From Macrostomum lignano (lineage: Eukaryota), in the NCBI GenBank assembly GCA_002269645.1, contig NIVC01000947.1:62001-126000 (forward strand): a stretch of 64,000 nt of DNA. Reading direction: 5' to 3'. The notes under the pieces are model-generated. The model saw only the letters and a program-made list of their open reading frames with translations. It searched no databases and had not been told where the DNA came from. Positions 24,301 to 34,629 of the stretch are shown here, in pieces; the stretch's first letter is position 1, and each line of letters starts with the position of its first letter. A program made the translations under genes and the position numbers.

Positions 24301-27300
24301 TGCTTGAGACTCCAGCCACTGGAATGTCAAAATTTTCCAATGAGTCTTGCCAACTAGAGAGTAAAGTAGAGAGAGAGAGAGAGAGTAGAGACAAACAGAA
24401 ATAAACTGCGTTAGTCCCTTTCAGAAGCAGACAAGATATAAATGTATAAAGCTAATTAATCAGACTCAGATAGATTGATCAACTCCAAACTGAATCTTGA
24501 AGCAGGGTATGAAAAGCAGGTCGATTTCGGGGCGAATAATATTTGGCTAAATTTTTTGCCTCTTGTCTAAACAAAGCCAGAGCGGGACTAATTTCCCAAG
24601 AAACCAGTCGAGCACAGATGGGCGGGGCCGTGACCGCAAGACACTGGGGTGAAGCATTGCTCACTCCTATACTCTATCAGGATAGCCAAGGCCTCACAGT
24701 TTCCCAGCGCAGCAGGACTGAGAATAAATGACTCAGCAGATTAGTAAGGGGGAACAGGGGGACATGTCCCCTCCAGTAAAAGCTATGGGGGGGGCAACAA
24801 TGCTTTGTCCCCCCCCCCCACCGCACCTTGTGACCAGTTTTGGAAAGCAATAACTTTGTTTCAGGGTGCTAAAAAATGAGTGCCTGCGGCGCTAAAATGA
24901 GTGCCTGCGGCGCTAAAATGAGTGCCTGCGGCGCTAAAATGAGTGCCTGCGGCGCTAAAATGAGTACCTGCAGCGCTTAAATGAGTACCTGCGGCGCTAA
25001 AATGAGTACCTGCGGCGCTAAAATGAGTACCTGCAGCGCTTAAATGAGTGCCTGCGGCGCTAAAATGAGTACCTGCGGCGCTAAAATGAGTGCCTGCGGC
25101 GCTAAAATGAGTGCCTGCGGCGCTAAAATGAGTGCCTGCGGCGCTAAAATGAGTGCCTGCGGTGCTAAAATGAGTACCTGCGGCGCTAAAATGAGTGCCT
25201 GCGGCGCTAAAATGAGTGCCTGCGGCGCTAAAATGAGTGCCTGCGGCGCTAAAATGAGTGCCTGCGGCGCTAAAATGAGTGCCTGCGGCGCTAAAATGAG
25301 TGCCTGCGGCGCTAAAATGAGTGCCTGCGGCGCCAAAATGAAGTATATGATAGTTTTATTCAAACATAAAGCCTATTTTTCTCTGCAAAATAAAAAACAA
25401 TTATCACACAATTAGCGGGGGATTTGGGTGCCTTAAAAGTTTAGACTACAGCTAGGTTTTGGTGTTGTTTTATATTTGCATAAATTCATTACTAACTATG
25501 TTAAATTGGTCTTGTCATTATTTTAAACGATTTTTCAAGTGACAGACCAATTTAACATGAAAAATCGATTAATGCGTGGTTAGAGCAACATGTGAGGCAC
25601 AACATAGTATGATTAGAACTTTCTCTGACACTGTTAAGAGACCCAATCACTGTTTTAGTGTTGAAAATCGTGAAATTTCCCATCTCCGTAGTGTATTTTT
25701 CCGGTGAAACCTGCCTTTAAAACTGTTTCTGAACGAAAAACTTTATGAATATCGATAGAGCCATAAGAAAGGCACAACATATCAAAAGATGAACATTGGA
25801 TCTGCCTCCCATCAAAAGCAATAACAATTTTTGTGCTGAAAAAATTAAAACCTCCTATCTCTGCTGTGTATTTTTCGGCGAAAAGTTGCCTTCAAAACAT
25901 TTACCATAGATTTCGAGTGTAGTATCCTATATACGAGGTATCAGTTTCCCAAAACTTAAACTTGCAAACAAATTTATTCAGCTTTATTAACACGAAACCA
26001 ACTTTGTTAAAATCGGTTCTGCTATTTCCAAGTTATTGAGAATTTTCTGTTTGCCTATCTTTACCCAGCAACTTTTTGGTCAGGGGGTACTGGAAGTGGG
26101 TGTCCCTTCCATGTATCCCGTGTTCTCCTGTGCTCTGTCTGAGTCACGCAGTCCCACGTGTCCCATTGGCACTAGAAAAACTGGTTGCAGTGTTTGCTCT
26201 CGGTTCGATCTGGAAGATAACTTTTTTATCTACTATGAGTTTTTATCAGTAGCTAACAAGGATGGGATGCTCCCGAAACTGACTAATTTACACAACTGTC
26301 CCCGACCTGAATTGAGGCCAGTGTATTTGTTTTAGTTAATGTGAGGCCCCTTTAATGTGTTACTAGCTGAGCTGGGAATCTGCTATCGGCTGCATCAGTT
26401 TCGTGATGGTGTTTGACTGTGCAGAATCTGGATTCACCGGGCTTGGATCCGAATGCTGACCCCTTCCAGCATCCCCCTGACCCCTTCCAGCACCCCTGAC
26501 CCCTTACAGCACCCCTGACCCCTTCCAGCATCCCCTGACCCCTTCCAGGATCCCCTGACCCCTTCCAGCATCCCCTGACCCCTTCCAGCACCCCCTGACC
26601 CCTTCCAGCACTCCCTGACCCCTTCGAGCACCCCCTGACCCCTTCCAGCACCCCCTGACCCCTTCCAGGATCCCCTGACCCCTTCCAGGATCCCCTGACC
26701 CCTTCCAGCACCCCCTGACCCCTTCCAGGACCCCCTGACCCCTTCCAGGACCCCCTGACCCCTTCCAGGACCCCCTGACCCCTTCCAGCACCCCCTGACC
26801 CCTTCCAGCACTCCCTGACCCCTTCCAGCACCCCCTGACCCCTTCCAGGATCCCCTGACCCCTTCCACCCTCCAGCTGACCCCTTCCAGCACCCCCTGAC
26901 CCCTAACAGCACCCCTGACCCCTTCCCCCTTTTTTAATTTCCCATATTTCTCACTGGCAACTGGCGCTGCGTCACACAGGGACCACAACCGCTCGCAATC
27001 AGGGTGCACTCAGCTCTAATCCCTCCATTTCCTGGAAAGCGAAGAGAGGCAGCAAGGGAAGAGGGGATATGAGTGGATAAGGGGGGCTGCAGAGCTTTAG
27101 TCACACAGTCATTTTCATACCTGAGATTGGAGCAGCAAATCCATCTCCACAAAGCCATCCGTGTGTGCCTCTATCAAATTAATCCACTTAACCTGAGCAG
27201 CAGCTCCCAGCTTCACCCCCATACTTATCCCAAAATTCCCCAAAAAATTAACGAGGCTCCGATGTTGGCCAGAGGGTGGGGGTGGAGTTTCCCTCAGCAA

Positions 27301-30300
27301 AGTTGAGCCCCTGTCTGTCTCTATCTCCAAGCCTTAAATTGTTTTATTGTTTCGAGGGCCCACCGGAAGTCAGAGTCTGCAACTCTATCTATCGGTCTTC
27401 ATCATCCAGACATCAAAAGCCGCTTTGTGTCTTTATCTATATAATGTGCTCATGATTACTATGGATAATTAACTATATGCTAGCTTGCTTCACCCAGCAG
27501 CAAAATCTGTTTGCCATTCCCAATCTCACTTATGACAGTTGGTTGGAACAGAGGGGGGTTTCGTTGGATGAGGTTTCGTGTTTGTTCAACTCTGCTCTGA
27601 TTCAATCAGAGTCCGTTTCTTTTAAATTTATCTGCGCACAGATTGATCCAGCTGGTTTTGAGTAAGGGATATAAGTTCTGATTCCCCATTGATTCCCCAT
27701 TGATTCCCCATTGATTCCCCATTGATTCCCCATCGATTCCTCATTGATTCCCCTTTGATTCCCTCTCTGATTCCCCATTGATTCCCCATTGATTCCCCAT
27801 TGATTCCCTTTTGATTCCCTCTCTGATTCCCCATCAATTCTCTGTAATATTCCTCATTGATTCCCTTTTATATTCCATTCCCCATTGATTAACTTTTAGA
27901 ATCGATATTTATTCCCCTTTGAATTCCCCATTGATTCCCTCCCCGATTTCCCATTGATTACCTCCCCGATTTCCCATTGATTCCCTCTCCGATTTCCCAT
28001 TGATTCCCTTCCCGATTCCCCATTGATTCCCTCCATGATTCCCCACTGATTATTTCCCCGATTCCCCATTGGTTCCCTCACCGATTCCCCATTGATTCCC
28101 TCACCGATTCCCCATTGATTCCCTCACCGATTCCCCATTGATTCCCTCCCCGATTCCCCATTGATTTCCTCCCCAATTCCCTTGTCAGAGGATCAGGAGA
28201 ATTCTCTCTCAGACCCTGGCAGTGGGAGGAGCTGCCCATTCCGCAATCATCAATCAATCGGCTCGGAAGAAATTGCGCCGCTAATTTGATGATGAGTCTT
28301 GAACTCTGCAGGATTTCCTCATCCCTAAAGTTCGAGACTCACGATCTTTGGCGCTCGGTGGATGGATTAATGTATATTTATTACAATAAATTAATTAACT
28401 ATATAGTATCTGACTTACTCGCTGGCTACGACTGGAGTTGAAGATTGATTGTCTCAAACTTGCCCCGTCGCCAGTAGGAAAAAAGTTTGGTAAAATCGAC
28501 CAGATTTGGCGAATACGGGGATCTTTGAAAATCAGATCTGGACTGGAAATTCGTTTTTTTCAAGTTAAAGACTTCGAAATTAATTGATTAATGCTGTTCA
28601 CTGTTCACTGTTCACTGTTCACTGTTCACTGTTCACTGTTCACTGTTCACTGTTCACTGTTCACTGTTCACTGTTCACTGTTCACTGTTCACTGTTCACT
28701 GTTCACTGTTCACTATTCACTGTTCACTGGTCACTGTTCACTGGTCACTGTTCACTGTTCACTGTTCACTGTTCACTGTTCACTGTTCACTGTTCACTGT
28801 TCACTGTTCACTGTTCACTGTTCACTATTCACTGTTCACTGGTCACTGTTCACTGGTCACTGTTCACTGTTCACTGTTCACTGTTCACTGTTCACTGTTC
28901 ACTGTTCACTGTTCACTGTTCACTGTTCACTATTTACTGTTCACTGTTCACTATTCACTGTTCACTGTTCACTATTCACTGTTCACTGTTCACTATTCAC
29001 TGTTCACTGGTCACTGTTCACTGTTCACTATCGCCTCTATTTACTGTTCACTGTTCACTGTTCACTATCGCCTCTATTTACTGATCACTATTTACTGTTC
29101 ACTGTTCACTATTCACTGTTCACTGGTCACTGTTCACTGTTCACTGGTCACTGTTCACTGTTCACTATCGCCTCTATTTACTGATCACTATTCACTATTC
29201 ACTGTTCACTGGTCACTGTTCACTGTTCACTATTTACTGCTCACTTTTCACTGTTCACTATTCACTGTTCACTGTTCACTGTTCACTGTTCACTGTTCAT
29301 TATTCACTATTCACTGTTCACGGTTCACTATTCATTATTCACTATTCACTATTCACTGTTCACTGTTCACTGTTCATTGTTCATTATTCACTATTCACTT
29401 TTCACTGTTCACTGTTGTTTTGACTGTCGCCTCAGATTTTCAAGGTTTCACCTTTTCAAAGTTTATGGCTTCCAATCCAGATTTGCGTTTCTTTCGGCGT
29501 CCCGGACAGAACAGAAGCTTCATCAGTGATTGACATCGCAGAGAGGGGGGGGGGAATTGATTAATTTCTCATCGCCTCTCGCGTCTCAGCAGCGGCAGGA
29601 AATTCATAAAAATTGAACAGACTGAGACTCCCCGGTGTCTCAGTCGCTTTTGAGTATCGAGTGGCCCGCCATGGCCACTTCTCATGGATTTTCGCTTACT
29701 CATTCCACTGTCCTGCTCTAATTAATATCTTTTCTGGCTTGAAGTCTTTCAACTCTAATCTCCGATATCTAGTCTCTAGTCTCTCTCTTCTATCATTTGG
29801 TCATTTCATCTCAGCGGTAACCGTGAGGGCCAACCTCCAAGGCTGCAGGTTCAGGTGTGAGGGAGGCTGCGAAGTGCCGGATGAAGATATACCCGTTTAA
29901 TTGTTCGCAGACTCCGAACATGCAATACGGATTTGGGCAGGTGTTGAAGCCTTCCGTGCTCACGTGCTGTGAGTAGGGCTGCCGCTTGCAGTTGGATAAA
30001 ATTAATTAAATCCAATACTGATACACTAGCCAGATCTCCCACAGCCTGGAGTACTCCTTCACCCCCTCTCTGCCCTCTCTTCCCCCTCTCCCCCAACCTC
30101 TGTGCGCTCTACCGCACTATAATTCACTCTACTCCGCTCTACTCTACTCTACTCCACTCTACTCCACTCTACTCTACTCTACTCCACTCTACTCCACTCT
30201 ACTCCACTCTACTCCGCTCTACTCCACTCTACTCCTCTCTAATCCACTCTACTCTACTCCACTCTACTCCACTCTACTCTACTCTACTCCACTCTACTCC

Positions 30301-30695
30301 ACTCTACTCTACTCTACTCCACTCTACTCCACTCTACTCCACTCTACTCCACCCTAACCCACTCTACTTCACTCTCCTCCACTCTATATCTCTCTACTAT
30401 TAATACACTTAACTCTACTCCACCATACTCAAGCCCAGCCTTCCATCTCCCTATATAATTGCTCCTTGAGCACTGCTCACAGCTCACTCAAGTCTCAATT
30501 ACAAGCCACTTCAAATGCGTCTGTGGGAAACAGTTCAAAGCCAATTAATTTTTAATTAACCGGGGCAAATCAAACTCGCAGGACTGCAGGACTGCAATCA
30601 ATCAATCAAAGTTTTGCTTTTCGAATCAGCAAATGGACATTAAAGCTGAAATTCCGGCTTTTTTCAACAAAAAAAGTCACGACAGGGCTCGAGTG

Positions 30696-30748
<53 letters not shown>

Positions 30749-31496
30749 TGACAACTCAGCTCTTCACCTGTCCCACTTCTGACTGATGGCTGTAATTTCA
30801 TTTCTCTAATCTTCACCGTATCCAGTTTCATATCCCGTATCCCAGTCCCAGACCCAGTCCCAGTTCCAGTCCCAGACCTAGTCCCAGTCCCAGTCCCAGA
30901 CCCAGTCCCAGTCCCAGTCCCAGTCCCAGTCCCAGTCCCAGTCACAGTCACAGTCACAGTCCCAGCACCAACCTGGCGATGCCGAACAGCTCTCTGTCCT
31001 GGTCCGTCGCCCTCGGCAGGTCAATCTTGCCATTTGCGGGGGTCCTGAGCTCCGACAGCTCAATGGTGAAGACCGGCCTGTCAAACCTCGGTTGGTGATC
31101 ATTGCGGTCCAAGATGGCCACTTGGACGTGTTTGACTGTGCTGTCGCGGACCAGCGTCAGAGTGACTGTGCAGTTCGGCAGCGCCCTGTTGCCGCACTCG
31201 CCAGTGTCACGGACCAGCCGCTCCAAGTCCACCGGTTGAGCGGTCACCAGAGTTGAGCCAGGGCCGCGGATGCTGAAATAGGCAGTCAGTGCTCTCGGGT
31301 GTGTGGTGATGATGCTGAGACCTTCGGGTTGCAACCGACAGGGAGTCGAGCGCTGGCCAGACAAGGTCAGCTCAGTGCCCCGCGGTGAGTCATCAATCAC
31401 TTCACAGACAGCATCGGCCGACCCGTCAACCAGTCGGTGACAGCAGAGGCACAGCAGGTACAGAAGCGGTGCCAACTGGTTCTCAGAAAGTCGCAT
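11882..31496 (-). CDS. pcdh: Protocadherin-like protein, ~1113 aa: signal peptide, 7 cadherin repeats, TM helix, low-complexity tail ending in SYV. Coding exons: 31496-30973, 22393-21889, 21544-20870, 18486-17965, 14423-13887, 13502-13358, 12315-11882
   Basis: DxNDxxP linkers (DRNDHQP, DVNDNYP, DVNDFQP, DINDEAP, DVNDNAP, DINDNTP), LDRE and AxDxD motifs, TM ILVAAVAVACALTLILLVVALCLC. All six introns are GT-AG with matching phases (2,0,0,0,0,1); total 3342 nt, divisible by 3. Confidence 0.9.
12500..13290. repeat. 20-bp minisatellite (cactggagtgacagggaaga) in protocadherin intron 6
   Basis: Direct tandem array with variants, interrupted by a 150-bp MITE. Confidence 0.92.
12673..12822. mobile_element. 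150-bp hAT-like MITE
   Basis: TIR-like ends cagtggcgtagcc / ggctacgccccta (11/13 match), 8-bp TSD ggagtgac / agagtgac (7/8), G-tract-rich interior. Confidence 0.75.
13358..13502 (-). CDS. pcdh: Protocadherin coding exon 6 (cytoplasmic)
   Basis: Acceptor acgcag|TGC (phase 0) and donor T|gtgagt (phase 1) bridge exons 5 and 7 in frame. Confidence 0.7.
13887..14423 (-). CDS. pcdh: Protocadherin coding exon 5 (end of EC7, TM, juxtamembrane)
   Basis: Acceptor acgcag|ATC, donor AAG|gtgagc; hydrophobic TM followed by CHRR. Confidence 0.9.
14475..15460. repeat. Two related 20-bp minisatellites (gcagaatcaatacccacact grading into cccactcagaagaagcaata), protocadherin intron 4
   Basis: Direct arrays sharing the core agaaNcaataccc. 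Confidence 0.93.
16022..17910. repeat. 20-bp minisatellite with higher-order alternation (ttctgagtgactgaagagga / ttctgagtgaccagagcgga)
   Basis: About 94 units arranged in three A-B blocks. Confidence 0.95.
17965..18486 (-). CDS. pcdh: Protocadherin coding exon 4 (EC6-EC7)
   Basis: Acceptor ccgcag|AGC, donor AGG|gtgagt; AADPDSGEFG, LDRE, DINDNTP. Confidence 0.92.
18550..19712. repeat. 28-30-bp purine-rich minisatellite (gagagagtcagagggggagaatgaggaa), protocadherin intron 3
   Basis: Direct tandem array. Confidence 0.93.
20215..20830. repeat. 20-bp minisatellite (ccccttagactcccctgact), protocadherin intron 3
   Basis: Direct tandem array running up to near the donor at 20869. Confidence 0.92.
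20870..21544 (-). CDS. pcdh: Protocadherin coding exon 3 (EC4-EC5)
   Basis: Acceptor ccgcag|GTG, donor GTG|gtgagg; DVNDFQP, DINDEAP, DVNDNAP. Confidence 0.92.
21645..21865. repeat. 15-bp minisatellite (tcgcgtcccttacca) filling protocadherin intron 2
   Basis: About 14 units within a 344-bp intron. Confidence 0.92.
21889..22393 (-). CDS. pcdh: Protocadherin coding exon 2 (EC2-EC3)
   Basis: Acceptor cccag|A, donor GAG|gtgagc; LDRE, DVNDNYP, LDYE motifs. Confidence 0.92.
22530..24140. repeat. Two inverted arrays of a 22-bp unit (cagcttgatggcgccagaatcc) flanking a ~370-bp unique spacer
   Basis: 22530-23185 is forward; 23555-24140 is the reverse complement (ggattctggcgccatcaagctg). Confidence 0.93.
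24870..25340. repeat. 21-bp minisatellite (cgctaaaatgagtgcctgcgg)
   Basis: About 22 near-identical units. Confidence 0.95.
26455..26925. repeat. 20-bp minisatellite (ccccttccagcaccccctga), copy 1
   Basis: Direct array; the same family recurs at 32950-33325. Confidence 0.93.
27680..28180. repeat. Degenerate 11-23-bp repeat (gattccccatt core)
   Basis: Direct tandem units. Confidence 0.85.
28593..29415. repeat. 7-bp satellite (ctgttca)n
   Basis: More than 100 units. Confidence 0.95.
30125..30962. repeat. Microsatellite cluster: (ctcYa)n 30125-30400, (ct)n 30697-30745, (gtccca)n 30840-30962
   Basis: Directly visible; the hexamer array abuts the exon-1 donor. Confidence 0.9.
30973..31496 (-). 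CDS. pcdh: Protocadherin coding exon 1 (signal peptide, EC1, start of EC2)
   Basis: MRLSENQLAPLLYLLCLCC... DRNDHQP; donor AG|gttggt, phase 2. Confidence 0.88.
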
Positions 31497-31724
31497 GGTC
31501 TTGACTGTGTAAGTTGGAGTCCAATAACTAGTGCGCTCTGAAGTGCGGCAAAATAGTGGCGGTTTTAATGCTAAAAGCATTTTTAGTTCATGCTGGCCGA
31601 TAAATTTTGAACTCGCGGATTTAACAGCCTCTCAAAAGGTGCTAAACATCCGGCATCTAAATTTGAGCTCAGCGCCATCAGGAATAGCAAACTTGGGCGA
31701 TAAATAGACGATAGAAACTCGTGA

Positions 31725-32515
31725 AGCAGGGGTAGAGAGCAGCTGGGGTTCTGAATGCAAGATGTGAGGTGGTGGGGCATGGGTAGAGAGCAGCTGGGGT
31801 TCTGAATGCAAGATGTGAGGTGGTGGGGCAGGGGTAGAGAGCAGATGGGGTTCTGAATACAAGGAGTGAGGTGGTGGCGCAGGGGTAGAGAGGAGCTGGG
31901 GTTCTGAATGCAAGATGTGAGGTGGTGGCGCAGGGGTAGAGAGCAGCTGGGGTTCTGAATACAAGGAGTGAGGTGGTGGGGCAGGGGTAGAGAGCAGATG
32001 GGGTTCTGAATACAAGGAGTGAGGTGGTGGGGCAGGGGTAGAGAGCAGCTGGGGTTCTGAATGCAAGATGTGAGGTGGTGGGGCAGGGGTAGAGAGCAGC
32101 TGGGGTTCTGAATGCAAGATGTGAGGTGGTGGGGCAGGGGTAGAGAGCAGCTGGGGTTCTGAATGCAAGGTGTGAGGTGGTGGGGCAGGGGTAGAGAGCA
32201 GCTGGGGTTCTGAATGCAAGAAAGATGTGAGGTGGTGGGGCATGGGTAGAGAGCAGCTGGGGTTCTGAATACAAGGTGTGAGGTGGTGGGCAGGGGTAGA
32301 GAGGAACTGGGGTTCTGAATACAAGGTGTGAGGTGGTGGGCAGGGGTAGAGAGGAACTGGGGTTTTGAATGCAATGAGTGAGGTGGTAGGGCAGGGGTAG
32401 AGAAGAGCTGGGGGCTCTGAATGCAAGGAGTAAGGTGTGGGACAGTGGTAGAGAGGAGCTCTGGGTTCTGAGAGGTTCTGAATGCAAGAAGTGAGGTGGT
32501 GGGGCAGGGGTATAG
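31725..32515. repeat. 51-bp G-rich minisatellite upstream of the first protocadherin coding exon
   Basis: Period 51 (gagagcagc at 32041 and 32092), about 15 units. Confidence 0.93.
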
Positions 32516-32949
32516 AGGAGTCACTTTGACTTCATGGAGTATTCCTAAGACTGAGCAGGTCACTCTTACGCTAGTCTAGCTTGCAAAATACTTTTTGTTG
32601 CTGTCAATCGTAGGAGCAAATGCAAGAAGTCTCAATCGATGCATTTTTAGTAATCCGAGTTGGAGAATGAACTTAAAAAAGCTAACTAATCATTACGAAT
32701 CTGTCCATCAATCAACTCAAATACCGCTTGAGACCGCGGGTCGGCACTCTCTTTTCTTTGTTCTCCAATACGGTAGCGGTGTCAGCTTTCCCGCGTTCAT
32801 TCAAATTGAACTCCATCCCTGCACCCAACCCTGTTCCTCGCGCTTACGGATGGCTAAGATGAGCTTTTTCTTGTTGTGAGTGTTTCACTCACGGCAGACT
32901 TGAGAAATGCGACTCACCTGCTGTCAGGAAGAAATGTGACCACCCTAAC

Positions 32950-33325
32950 ACCTTCCAGCATCTACTGACCCCTTCCAGTATCCCTGACCCCTTCAAGCAA
33001 CCCCCCGACCCCTTCCAGCACCTCCTGACCCCTTCCAGCACCTCCTGACCCCTTCCAGCACCTCCTGACCCCTTCCAGCACCTCCTGACCCCTTCCAGTA
33101 CCTCCTGACCCCTTTCAGTACCTCCTGACCCCTTCCAGCACTCCCTGACCCCTTCCAGCATCCCCTGACCGCTTCCAGCATCCCCTGACCTCTTCCAGAA
33201 CCTTCTGACCCCTTCCAAAACCTCCTGACCCCTTCCAGAACCTTCTGATCCCTTCCAGAACCTTCCTGACCCCTTCCAGAACCTTCTGACCCCTTTCAGC
33301 ACTCCATGACCCCTTCCAGCACCCA
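32950..33325. repeat. 20-bp minisatellite (ccccttccagcacctcctga), copy 2
   Basis: Same family and orientation as 26455-26925. Confidence 0.9.
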
Positions 33326-33894
33326 AGCAAGAAAGCCAGAAAACAAGTCAGCTTATTCAGAATCGTACAACAGCTTCCTGAACATTCATACACATGAATG
33401 CTATTTTGCTCGCCATAAATGACTGTCTGTGTATTGAAGTTTGTGCAGCTTTCTGCAGCCCAATAAAACTGCCAGGGAGGCGGCCCCAGTCCCTGAACTG
33501 CCATCAGCGCCCCCCCCCCCCTATAGAAGCAACAGCTTACTACAAAGCCGAGCCTCGTAACGCGAAGAAGGCAAAATCAAAAGACAAACAACAGCGAACT
33601 GTAATTATGAAAGTCATATGCTTTCAGATAGCCAAGGGTAGATCTGGCCTAGTGATAACAGAGGCCCTGTCACGCCATGGCTTGCAGAACCAATGCAGGA
33701 CTTTGTTGCCACGCAAACTCTTTCTCTTTGTCAGCAGTTCGAAAATACTGCGATTTTAACTATTTGTGTATTTGGTTGATTTTGTCCGGCAATTCATCTC
33801 TTCTAAATTTGACCTGCTGGAGCCAGGGAATACATTACCTTTGTACACCACCTGCTCCACCTCCTTTGCCCTCTCGCATTTTATCTTGCCTCTC

Positions 33895-34150
33895 TTCTCA
33901 CTCCTCTCCTCTCCTCTTCTCTCCTCTCCTCTCCTCTCCTCTCCTCTCCTCTTCTCTCCTCTCCTCTCTCTCCTCTCCTCTCCTCTCCTCTCCTCTCCTC
34001 TCCTCTCCTCTCCTCTCCTCTCCTCTCCTCTCCTCTCCTCTCCTCTCCTCTCCTCTCCTCTCCTCTCCTCTCTCCTCCTCTCCTCTCCTCTCCTCTCCTC
34101 TCCTCTCCTCTCCTCTCCTCTCCTCTCCTCTCCTCTCCTTTCCTCTCCTC
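33895..34150. repeat. (tcctc)n microsatellite
   Basis: Direct. Confidence 0.95.
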
Positions 34151-34629
34151 CGCCATTCATTAGCTGTATCTCAGATTCAATGATTAAAAACTTTGCTTTG
34201 AATTATAAATTTTGCAAATCACACGCCAGTCCAGTTGCACTTTTACTGAAGCAACCAACCCGTCATTCAGCCGCGCACCTGACAGGCGCAAGACCTGTCC
34301 AGCTTGCAAAGCAGCGGTAAACAAAAGTTTAGGTTAACCAGTGACACAGAACCTGTGAATGACGCAGCTGTTGTGGCCTGGATTCAATTTTGATTTCGGA
34401 TTTGCGCACGAAATACGTCTTGGCATCATCTTCTTGCGCAGCGGCATTTTTTGTTTTAATTCTCGTCTTAGAAGAGTTTGCAGATCGAGATTTCCGAAAT
34501 TCAAAAACGAATATTAGTCACTATTTTGCGCAGGGGACTTCTAAATTACAAGTTCAGGAAGAAAGGCATAGGCTAATCTATTCTGCATGCGTTGATGGTG
34601 ATTTTTTCAGGCTAAACCCAGAAATCATT

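Noticed and set aside
24740-25440. G-tract MITE-like segment around the 21-bp array
   Set aside because: Interior resembles hAT MITEs, but I could not identify TIRs or a TSD.
31583-32563. 326/264/269-aa ORFs
   Set aside because: 51-bp minisatellite open in all three minus frames.
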